DNA of 64,000 bases from Marsupella aquatica (Eukaryota; Plantae; Marchantiophyta): NCBI GenBank assembly GCA_973895155.1, contig OZ316894.1, forward strand, positions 16,174,699-16,238,698, given 5' to 3'. Position numbers and translations under genes: made by a program. Under the pieces are notes generated by a model that saw nothing but the letters and a program-made list of their open reading frames with translations, did not search any database and was not told the DNA's origin. Of this stretch, positions 27,626 through 38,221 are shown in pieces. The first letter of the stretch is position 1; the number at the start of each line of letters is the position of its first letter.

Positions 27626-30600
27626 CTAATCTAATAACATGTCATTGAGATCATCCTCATTTGGTGTTCTGGGAGGCTCTTCCTTAGTTTCTTCTTGTTC
27701 CTCTTCGGTCTCCTTCACGACCTCAACTACGTAAGTCGATGTCCCGAGAACACCCAATTGGCCTGCAATTGGTGGTTGAATCTCATGACCTTCAACGTCG
27801 TGCCCTTCAATCTGGGATTCTTCATATAAATTCCACTTTGACTCCAGAATCATGATTCAGGATTTCACAAAATCAATCTGTGCAGAACTCTTATCAACAG
27901 CACAACCCTGGCGAGATTTGAGGAGAGTAGCAGCTAATATCGATCTGGTTCCACAACAAAGATCAATAACCCAATCCTCTTTCTCAGAGAAATGGGAAAC
28001 AAACCAAACCCCCAAACCAACAGGCTTCTGATACGGGTTCACAACAAATCCCAACGGATCAACGGACTTCTTGGTTACACATGGAACCTTGATGATATTG
28101 ACGCGAGACTCATCCGGTTGGAAATTGTACATGTCTATGTTCCGAATGCCTTCCTCGCTATAGAAACCTATCGACCAGTTCTCAAAACCCCACACCAATC
28201 GAGCTCCAGCTGGACGCTCATGAATGTTAGTCTTCTCCCAGATTCCAGATTCCAGCCTCGACCCCACAGTTGCATACACTCTCCAGTGCAGACATCACCA
28301 TATACGTTTGTTGTAGTGAATGCATCACAACAAACCTCCACTGCTTAGCGGTCGTCATCTTTGAGAAACTTGTCAACATGTCTAAAATGTCCTTTTCTGT
28401 GAAGGCCACTTCATCAAACTCCGAACCAGGAGCATTAAAACCATACGGAATATCCGCAACCGCAAGGATGTAAGTCCTTGGCTGAACAAAATAATCCAAA
28501 ATTTGAACATCACCAACATGAAGATAGTAGGGAAAAGAATCCCCGTCTGCATTTTTCCATGTTTGTTCAAACGCTTCTGCTGTGCCCTCGCCTAAGGACC
28601 TCAGCCGATTGTACTTATCGATTGCAGCAAGCACAAAATTCTTAAACACATAAGAGATTTCAGCTGAGGGAACAATCACCTCCCCCGCAGAATTATAAGT
28701 GACAGCCGGAATCACTTTGCTTTTCCTTTTTGAATTAATCTTCAGCTGTAAAAATCTCAGACACATCTACAGTTAGAATAGCGTGAGATGAATGCTAAAG
28801 CCGATAAAAATCTCGCGATGGAGCACGCTAGCTGATAGATGCAATCGCTTAGAAACCAACAAAGGAATAAAGCTGATAAAAATCTCGCGATGGAGCACGC
28901 TAGCTGATAGATGCAATCGCTTAGAAACCAACAAAGGAATGCTAAAGCCGATAAAAATCTCGCGATAGAGCATGCTGTGACAGGAATGCTTACCGCATCA
29001 CTCAATTTCTCCGCCCATATGCCAAGGACCGAGACATTTGTTTCATTGGGAAACATTTCTCTGCATGTTGCCCAATCTGGCTGACCACATATCTGCAAAA
29101 ATAGTTTCTTCACCTTGGCAAGCTTTTTCAACTTCTCACCTTCCTTGTGCATTTGATCCAAAGTGATCACCTTCCCGATAACCCTATTCAAGAGACGCTT
29201 GACATGCTCCTTATTTGACAGTCCTTGGAGACCTCAAAATGAATTTAAGTTGAGGTCACCAGCAAGTTTATTCATTTTAATCTCCCTTACCGTCAAAGGT
29301 TTTACCTTTCCCTTTGCGTTCGTCGTTGCCACAATTTTTTTGGGTTGTCCTAAGACAATACCTTTCTCCCACATCTGGAAAATCTGCTCCTGAATATCCC
29401 AAATTTCACCTGTTCGGAAAGCAATTTGGAAAGCCGGATCATGTTTGGCCATGGAGTCACGAACTCCTGGCGTGTACTCCATCATGCATTCTTGACAACA
29501 TGCTTCGCGGACATCTTTAGTCAAGCCCACACCCATTTCAAGGAAAATATTGTGACAAGCGCAAACTTGGTCAATTTTAGTCATGTTCTTTCGATACTCC
29601 TGGTCATAGTTATACTGGAAGCCTAACTTTCGGACCTCGGATCTCGTAAGCCCAGCGTAAACCCAAGCTTCCAGCTCACCATATATTTGCTTCCCGTACA
29701 TTTTAAACAACTCGGACTTTGCCCGAGCACCATGATTCCCTCCAATAATTCTATACTTCCATACCCTTGACTGCAGGATGTCCCAATCTGCGGTTGTGGG
29801 ACAATCCTTCGGATCCACACACAGCACGAATGGGGCACTGAAGTTGGTGGGGTTTTTCATGAGAAGTATCTTGATATTTTCCACATGCAATCTATCCACT
29901 GGTCTAATCAAAGTTGACAAATCCCCCTCCTCATCAAATATGAGATTGTCGACATGCAGAAGCACAGTTGTCCTTTGCACCCTTTGTTGCATCAAAAGAC
30001 TGAGCTCTGCCTTGATCGCGTCCATCTCATACATCGAAAGAGCCGTCTCCTCCTCCTGATCAGCCTACAAAAGCGTTGCAAATTCAATTAAGGAAAGAAA
30101 CTACGAGATTTTTATCGGAGTTCGTATTTGTTCAACATAACTCCACAATCCGCAATTCAGGAAATAAACAGCGAGATTTTTATCGGATTTCGTATTTGTT
30201 AAACAGTACAACGACGTAGTACTTACCAATGGCGCCGTAGGAACCGCGATTGGAATTGATGGAATTGACGGAGCTCTATCTACTTCTGCAACCACCGTCT
30301 CAGTCCAGCCAGTCCTCTTCCTCTTTGTGCTAAGTCCAGAACCAGATGGCCCGGATCCCTCGGATCCTTTACTTTCGCTTGGTTTAACGGATGGTCCTCG
30401 ACGGTTGCCCCGGCCTCTCCCACTACCGCCAGTTTCCTGGCTCCTCATCCCACGGTCAGAGGTTCCCGTGGCATCTCCCCTGCCGCTACCTCTCCCTTTC
30501 CCTCTTCCACTTCCCAAAACCCGACCAGAAGTTGTAGGTTCGTCCACGTCAATACGTGTAGAGGATTGCAATGGTTCTTTTCGCCCCAACATTTTATCGG

Positions 30601-31195
30601 CATTAGAACCACCGCTGCCACTTGAACCTGGTTTCTTGAAAACAATTTTGCGGACAAGTTTGAACTCTTCACCCACAAGTCTCTTGTACTCTGCATTCAC
30701 CCTTGGAAGCATGATGGCATCACAATCTTGCACATACTGGCCGATCCAAGCCAAACCCATAACATTCATCTCTCTTGCTGCCCGAACTTCGGCAACAAGG
30801 GGATCTTATGGATAACTGTCCATCGATTTCTCATCAAAGTTATCGAGAGTAACAATGAGAGATGTGAAACCCTTGCGCCCACACATTGTCAAGAAACTAA
30901 GGCCCTCTATCAACACTTTTTCCTCCCCGTGGCCAACCATGAACTCGACGATGGCAACAACAATGACAGGGCCATACGAAACATTAACCTTCGCCGATTT
31001 TTGCAACTGGACCCAAAGGATTGGGGTAGCACAATCTTCGAAACCCGTGGACTGTAATCTGGCGTCACGGAAGTACCATGACTTCTTGATACACTTGACC
31101 TCTTCACAAATGTCTTCACTCATCCAAATTGCATTGGTGAGGCTTGTCATGAGACTTTCTGCCTCAGCAGATCCACTCTTTCCACTAGCAGCCAT
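27626..31195 (-). pseudogene. Transposon cargo gene: N-terminal domain, Gly/Ser/Arg-rich linker, ParB/Srx-like domain, beta-class N6A/N4C DNA methyltransferase domain, acidic tail
   Basis: Spliced frame (introns ~30225-30066 and ~28992-28749). ParB-like IRPVDRLHVENIK...YRIIGGNHGARA. MTase motifs in beta order: LAVADIPYG (catalytic motif IV-like), GIWEKTN, NPYQKPVGL, WVIDLCCGTRS (SAM-binding FxGxG-like). Lesions: in-frame stops at 30806, 29234 and 27857, and a 7-bp ctggaat duplication near 28240-28255. Confidence 0.8.
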
Positions 31196-31393
31196 GGCAA
31201 AGTCTGCAAATAAACAAATTCCAATGCAAAGAGCGATAAAATTATCGCCGCCAATCTCACAGCACATGTGGACACGACATCTCATCACACAAGGACAAAG
31301 AGACCCGCAATGCAAATGACCGATAAAATTATCGCAAAAGTGAGCCTTCTTTAAATTGACGGCCGAGTGTACAGGTCGAAGAATCAGCTACGG

Positions 31394-31436
31394 AACCCTA
31401 AATCCAAAACCTTAACCCCTAAACCTAAACCCTAAT
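31394..31436. repeat. Short degenerate telomere-like (AAACCCT)n / telo-box cluster
   Basis: aaccctaaatccaaaaccttaacccctaaacctaaaccctaa. Confidence 0.7.
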
Positions 31437-32145
31437 CATAGTTGAACCTCGCCAGAGCGAAGCATTCGATCCGCTTCTTGGGCCATTGGGGAATATGAGT
31501 GACGCGATGATCATAAGCCCACAGCCAATGGAAATCAACTTCACCAGTCTCAGGATTCACTACTACTACTGAATGTCGGCGTGACGAAATGTCACAACAA
31601 GCATTTGTGCAGCATGGACAGATCTCACCATTGGCAAGGACGTTCGTCCACAGGCAACTTACATAGATCAAGTTAAAGAGCGCACAGACCGGCTGGGGGG
31701 GGAGTTGACGAATCTTGTATGAATATAGTTTCCCACCAGTGTCAATAAAAAACTCGGTGGCAAGAGGATTGTCCAGCTTGTCAATCACATCCTGAATCTC
31801 ATTGAATGCTCTACGTCTGTTGTCGGCATAGAATTCTGGCTCATAAGCAGGATTGCCCTTCACAACATGACAGTAGTGGAGTATAAAACGTCTTATTGCA
31901 CCGGTTTTCAGAAAGAGTAGGATAACTCTTCTAGAAAATCCAACATATCTATCCCACCGAATATAAATTTCTCCCCCTACCTGATCTACGTAGAAGTGAA
32001 ATGCGTTATGGTAAAACGGTTTTACTACCAGCCTGCATATCTTTAAAATTAGTGACTCATCCAGCCTCCTTAGCTGGTCCAGCATGGCTCCATTCCCCCA
32101 TTCTGGAGGATCCAAGTAGGGTACAAAAATGCGTCGCTCGAGCAT
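31432..32145 (-). CDS. Transposon-borne hypothetical protein, 237 aa, with a C-terminal Cys/His cluster
   Basis: Uninterrupted ORF with globular, protein-like composition and EICPCCTNACCDISSRRH; ttcag acceptor just upstream of the ATG. Confidence 0.6.
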   Translation of the reverse strand: MLERRIFVPYLDPPEWGNGAMLDQLRRLDESLILKICRLVVKPFYHNAFHFYVDQVGGEIYIRWDRYVGFSRRVILLFLKTGAIRRFILHYCHVVKGNPAYEPEFYADNRRRAFNEIQDVIDKLDNPLATEFFIDTGGKLYSYKIRQLPPQPVCALFNLIYVSCLWTNVLANGEICPCCTNACCDISSRRHSVVVVNPETGEVDFHWLWAYDHRVTHIPQWPKKRIECFALARFNYD

Positions 32146-32513
32146 GGCCTGATCACTGAATAGAAATCAGGAATAAATTTTGGAGAACATACTAATTACA
32201 ATTCTACAAGTTTCATCCAACTTTACAGTACCTTGTATAACGGGCTGTGAAGCCAATGCACTTGTCAGCTAATCGTCCGAAGAGGCGCAAACAAATACAC
32301 TCTGGACCACACAACCCGAAGTCAAGGGAGGCAGAGTCAATTACATTCAAAGTGTTTCTTTACAAGCTCTTCTCGAGCAAACCTTAGAGCACCCAAAATT
32401 GACTAGAGGAATGAGGAGTGCGATAAATTTATCGGATGTTCGCAGCAATGCCTCATCCACTCAGACTCGTCCATGCCATGCAAGAATTGTCCGCTTCCCG
32501 CTTTCTCCAAGAT

Positions 32514-32991
32514 TTATCCAAACTCTACAAACTGATCTAACTGCTCATACAAAAAGCACCCAAGCATATCTATGGGAGGGAGGAAATGAGTTTCCTCTCG
32601 GAAGACCCTAGCAATATGTATGTTTGAGAGAAGGTCGGCATTAGGAATGCTTGCGAGCATTTTGTTTATGTCATTGATCTCACGGACTGCATATTTCAAT
32701 AGCGCCCAAAATCGTGTACCAACAACAAGATGGTTCCATTTCTTTGAGGTGGCTCCAAGACAAATGATTGTTCTCATTCGAGTCAGTCGTTCTTCTGGTA
32801 GAAGTTTTAGGTCAAGGCCAAGGTGTTCATCTTGTGTGCAAGACAAGGCTAAAAGGGGCCAAATGTGAGATTCAACGAGTTGATCGGGAAGTCCATTCAA
32901 CACCGGGCACTTTTCCTCGAATATATTTCCTACGCTCGTGGGCTAAAACGGATCCCATCTTTGCAACGATTAGATTCTCCGACGCAGCCAT
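32514..32991 (-). pseudogene. Transposon-borne F-box-like protein, probably frameshifted near the N-terminus
   Basis: PVLNGLPDQLVESHIWPLL...IICLGATSKKWNHLV...FWALL resembles the plant F-box signature LPxxL...I...L..VSKxW..LV. The ATG at 32991 is in a different frame. Confidence 0.55.
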
Positions 32992-34499
32992 GAAGTAGAG
33001 CTACCAAAACCACCAATAAAAATACCTTCAATCACCAGGTGTAACCGAACACATCCATAGTACCAACCCTGCATGACAGTTTAACGATTAGGACTCGTGA
33101 CGTATTATATTCGCTGCACAAGGGTAGGACTTGTTTATTTAAATATGTCCTTACAAGACGCGCCTCAATGCAAAGGTCGAAACACTCATCGTGAAAGGTT
33201 CACCCAAGGGTCTTCGTTCCAAATCTTACAACAGAAGTGAGCCTGTTTGTGGTACTTGTTGTCAAGACGACGACAATAATAGTTACAAGAAAACTCCAAA
33301 GAATGTAAACATGCCGTTAACATCAACCTCGAACAAATTGGAACTCTTGCATCATTCATTCAGCAGAATTCAATGCGGAGAGGATTTTGCCTATCTCCAG
33401 GATCAGTACCACCCATCCACAATGCTCCTATACTGATGGGGAGAACTTTGAGCCGCACGAGTCTCTTGTACAACCGGCGTGCACGTTTGACATGATTTTC
33501 AAGGAAGACAGCCATTTGTCACAATACCTGTTGTCCACGGAGTGCAATCGACCTTCCATTGTGCCTCCTAAACCCGGCAACACTGCGACATCAGAGATGA
33601 AGATGAGTCTCCAAACAAAACAAAGGAAAATGATTCTCACAGGAGGATGCGATAAGTTTATCGCACTCCGCATTCGAATTGAAAATATGACTTCCTCAGA
33701 CACCTAAGCCCTGAATTCAATCTTTCACAAAAATGACAACTCCGATAAATTTATCGGATTCTCAATTACTCCTCTTTCCATGAAAGGAATGAAGACTCCA
33801 ATAAATTTATCGGAATGAAGGCAACACCTCTCTAAACACTGGATCAAATGATTGCAACAGAGGAATGTAGAATGCAATAAATTTATCGCAGTCCGCTCGG
33901 ATCTGGACATTTTACACTAAATGACTAGTTAGTCTTACATGGAGAACTTGAACAGGAATGGTTGTTCCGATAAATTTATCGGGTTTTCGGTAGAAAGAGT
34001 CAAATCGCTTGGGAGGAATGTAAGACTCGATGGGAGTTTGGTATTCGCTCTCAGTCAGGAGATATTTGCTCTGGCGAAAGCAAACGTTTTATGGGCAGCC
34101 CGCTCCTCTTTATATAGGAGACGCTCTAAACCATGGTTAATTTCCCCTTAACCATGGTTAAGTTTCCCCTTTACCTGGGTTAGTGCGTGGTCGTTCCTGG
34201 ATTACGCGGTTCGGACCAAGTTACTCGCAGTTCGGACTTTTTCACTGATGGAATGTAAAACCCGATGCACGTATCGCTCCCTGCATTCCCGCGGCGATGC
34301 AATGGAGGAAAGTGGCGTTTCGGAGAGTTTTTGCCAGTTTTATCGGTCATTGCATTGCCTTAGAAAAAAAACGGGATCGGGCTAAACGAGAACTCCGACA
34401 CACTTCTCGGTCGGTCCGAAATCGTGTTCTTAGTATATTGCTAGTAGTCATGCACAACAACACAACAATCTTTTTTGCCTTGAAACATCCAATTGAAAT

Positions 34500-35560
34500 C
34501 CATTCAAGAAGACAACATACAACAGGGTGGCCCACGAAAGGGGGACAACACCCAAAGAGGACCAGAGGTCAATGTGCTAGAAGCTTCCGGGGGGGGGGCG
34601 CCAAGATAGAGACTGGGCCTCACCAAGGATACAACTAAATATTCAACTATTGTAGGGGGGGCAACACACTCCTACAGACTGGTCACTCAAATAACCCTGG
34701 CAGGGGGCCACTGAGTGGGTTAGAGACCAAAAATGAGACTCGTCAATCTAGCTACAAGTCAAACCACTACCTTGCTCAATCAATACTTCTTAGAGCTCTT
34801 GGGGGCACCGAGGGACCTGAAGAATCTCCCAAGGCCAATTCAGAACCATAATCAAACAATATATCAACAAACATACTGTAGGCTGTGGCTTTCCCTACAT
34901 GCAACTTCTGTCTGAGATGGGACCAGTCCCTGCGCATATAAACGGTGAGAATGTACCAGGATTTCTTGATGACTACATGAGGATCCGATTGTGTATGTTC
35001 AATGAAATGCATGCTCATATCCTTCCATACATTTTCCAGGAGACTATGGCTCTAAGAGTGTCCCAAAGAGTTTAGGACACATCCCACACCCTCAAACAGT
35101 TCTTCAACCAACAAAATATGGGCAGGACAGAGTGGGGTTAAACAAAGGGCCAAGAAATCTTCAAACTATATTGAAGTCAGTTCCAGACAAGTCAGGAAAT
35201 GGGACAACTCCAAATGCAACGAACAATATCCTCTTGTAACTCCAGGTCAACCGTGTGCACGAAGTGGTTGAGTCCAATGCAAGGAGGGCTGGGGAGCACC
35301 AGTGTTGGGTGGCAGGGACAATTAAGGTAGACCAGTTACCAAAGGAAGTAGTTCTCAAAGGCAGCATGACAAGGAAGCCAAGTCTGGCACCAAAGAGCCT
35401 AGGCACCCTGCATCTCACGAAGGTGTGCAATATTGGTGTAGAAAAGGGCCTTCCATCCTGCCAACAATATTGAGTAGCAATCTCCAAATCACCACAAGGT
35501 CATCAAATGCGTTGTCTGGCCATCACCTTAGGGGGTGAATGAATCAGCACCAGGTCGATC
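34500..35560 (-). mobile_element. Decayed LINE 3' fragment
   Basis: WKDMSMHFIEHTQSDPHVVIKKSWYILTVY-type C-terminal LINE ORF2 remnant; purine-rich tail like the one at ~13950. Confidence 0.5.
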
Positions 35561-38221
35561 TTTGTCAAATGATGGGATAACACAACAATCTTGTCTAATT
35601 GACTTCCTGACTGGAGATGATGTCTACACTATTTAGATCTGGGATTCAACATCATTAATGTTACATAGCAACTACTATTGATGTGATTTCTAGTTATGAC
35701 CCGGGCCTTGTGTTTGGGGGAAAAGAAATAACTACCATTACTCACTAAGACAACCAGGATTTCATGCAAGGAAATGAGATTCAACAAACTAGCTACCAAT
35801 GTTTTTGGAACACAAAACATGGATAACTACTACAATTTATTTTTTCTAGATGGATGAAACAAACCCTACAACGTCAAGAGGAAGGTGAATTATTTCCCAA
35901 GATTCTCAAGGATTAAAAAGGTTTACACAGATACGTTTGTCCTTTATTTGTCTCTTGTGAAAGAGTAAGCTCAGTACATTGTACATTGTGTGCCACCCAT
36001 TTTTGTTGAATTGTACAATTTATCATTCTTTTTAGTTTAAGTACTAAGTTGTCTCCCGTCTTCCACTGGAGTTTAAGCAAAGTTACTCTACTGAGTGAGT
36101 CTAGAATGATTTAATGGTCAACATCCTGTCAAATTTCATCATCAACTACTCTCATTATCCTCACCCACCGTTTAACAAGGCGGGATAAGGGGTGGGGCAG
36201 CCAACTAAGAGGGAATGAAGAGGGTTGAGGCGCAAGCAAAGACACCCAATTCAATATCTTGGAAACAGTGTTGCAATTAGGGAAAATGACATGGATGATC
36301 ATCTACAAGTCAAACCTGGCCAGGTGTTAACCATCAGCTTGTTTCAAGCTAACTCGAGTTACTTTGCTTTACAAACACTAGAAAAAGGCTTGATAATTAG
36401 ATTAAAGAGTGGCAAAGTGTGTATCTGGACAAATAAGAGCTACCATGTAGTATCAGAAAAAGTAAAATCTCAGCTTGGGTGAATTTGGATTTGTGAGGAT
36501 AGGAAAAAAACAAAAAATAATACTTAGGACAAATTAACAAATCCTAAAGGGAATGATACTAGCCCAATGCTTAAGCACATGAAGTGCTTCTAATACCTAG
36601 ACTCCCAGGCCTATCCATATTTAAAGCATAGCTGAAATATCAAATTTTTTTACAAGATCAATGATGGCCTATATATGGCTTCACTCTAGACATTAGGTCA
36701 TGAGATGCAGATTAGATCACCAATTATAATTTAGAACGTCTAGCCTGAATATTAGAGCTTTGTTCATAAAATCTTACTAATAAATTGCAATCAAACCTAC
36801 TGTTTAGGGCTACGGTCTAGAGTGAAGCCTCTAGACTGTGACTCTGGGGGCGTACCAAACTTTGAGTGGGGATGTAAAATGACAAAAGATTTTGGGGTGA
36901 GTATGCACGGTGACTAACGATCAAATACAAGTCTGTGAACTACAGGAGATGGATTGAATGCAAGTGGCTGAAAGTGCAACCAGTCCATGATTGTTGACAT
37001 TGAAACCAGGACATTGAGGAGTAGCTGGTGCTAGGGAGCTGGTGACCTATCCTCACCTCTAGTTATGCTCAAAAAATGGGTATTTGGGCTAGTAGATGGT
37101 AATACCAATGATCCCCATTTCCTCTATGCCAACTATGCCCCCTCAAAGTGAAGTCTAGAGGCTTTGCTCTAGCCGTAGGCCACTATCCTAAATTTTGATC
37201 AGGCTTTGTTAGATAGGTTAAGGGAAGTGGTTCACTAATAAAAGAAACACTTGGCCAAATCAAGCTCAGCCACATCATCAATTCATACTTCATAATGGTG
37301 AATATAGAGTCTGAGATATTCATACAGTCATAAAGTCTGGGATGTGCAAGGCAATACAGTCAAATTGTGTATAAGAAGGTAGTTTTCTTGTTTCTTGTCT
37401 ATGCCGGAACAAGAGGCCAAAGACCTAAAGTTTGAGTCAGACACTCCCCTAAATCAGTATGATGACTGAACTAGTATTGCTATGAATTAACTTGCTTTAT
37501 CCTTGGTACATTTGTAGGTGTGCAGCTAGCTCTTGATTGTGCGCCTGTTACCTCCTCTTTTGGGAGGTGCTTTGTTTCTGGCCTCTTGCCTTGGTTGTTT
37601 TTCTGGTGGTTCTCCCTTTTTCACTATTGTCATCCACGGGTGTAGGGGGCAACTTGGGTTCCTTTTTGTGGGTTTGGCATCTTTGGCTTTTGGTTCTTGT
37701 GTGCTTTGGCCCCTTGCGGTTTGTTGTTCTTTGTGTCCCGCTGGTCTTTGCTCCCGCAAGCTCTGGAATAAACTGGTGCCCCGTTGCCCTCTGTCTTAAA
37801 AAAGAAAAAAAAGAAAAAAACTAATGGTCCCATGGTTGACCATCACACATATATGACCTCCCATATGGCTCCCTCCATTTGCAAATAGACATATGGTTGA
37901 CCTTTATATGTAATAATGATCCTAGGTTGACATATGGTTGACTTTTATACACACTAGTGGTCCTGGGTTGACATATGGTGGACCTTTATAGGTAACAAGG
38001 GTCCATCTTGGGACCATTATCATGTACAGGAACACCTCCCAAAAGTGAATGTCTCCACTGGGGGTAATATAGGGTGTGTACTCATTGATTTAAATAAAAT
38101 AATGAGGATAATCAAGGTATCGAGGGATCTAGTACAACCTATATGGCTATATGTCACATTTTTATGTGCTTACAAGGACCAATGTTTTCCAGGCCACTGC
38201 TATACACCAAAGACATGTACA

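Larger units (their letters stand above)
22641..34428. mobile_element. 11.8-kb cut-and-paste DNA transposon (Sola/DUF7869-like) carrying cargo genes
   Basis: Left TIR aacacgatttcgaaccgaacgagaa (22641-22665) matches the reverse complement of 34404-34428, aacacgatttcggaccgaccgagaa, at 23/25. Flanked by direct repeat CTTA (22637-22640 and 34429-34432). Contains a transposase-like gene. Confidence 0.9.

Noticed and set aside
28757-28992. Repeated hydrophobic peptide ACSIARFLSAL... suggesting a membrane protein
   Set aside because: It is read-through of an intronic tandem repeat (GT donor ~28992, AG acceptor ~28749).
30327-31319. Plus-strand ORFs (162 aa and 154 aa)
   Set aside because: Antisense shadows of the minus-strand cargo gene.
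22641-34428. Prophage, plasmid or bacterial contamination (ParB plus MTase)
   Set aside because: Genes have spliceosomal GT-AG introns, and the unit is bounded by TIRs with a TSD inside plant sequence.
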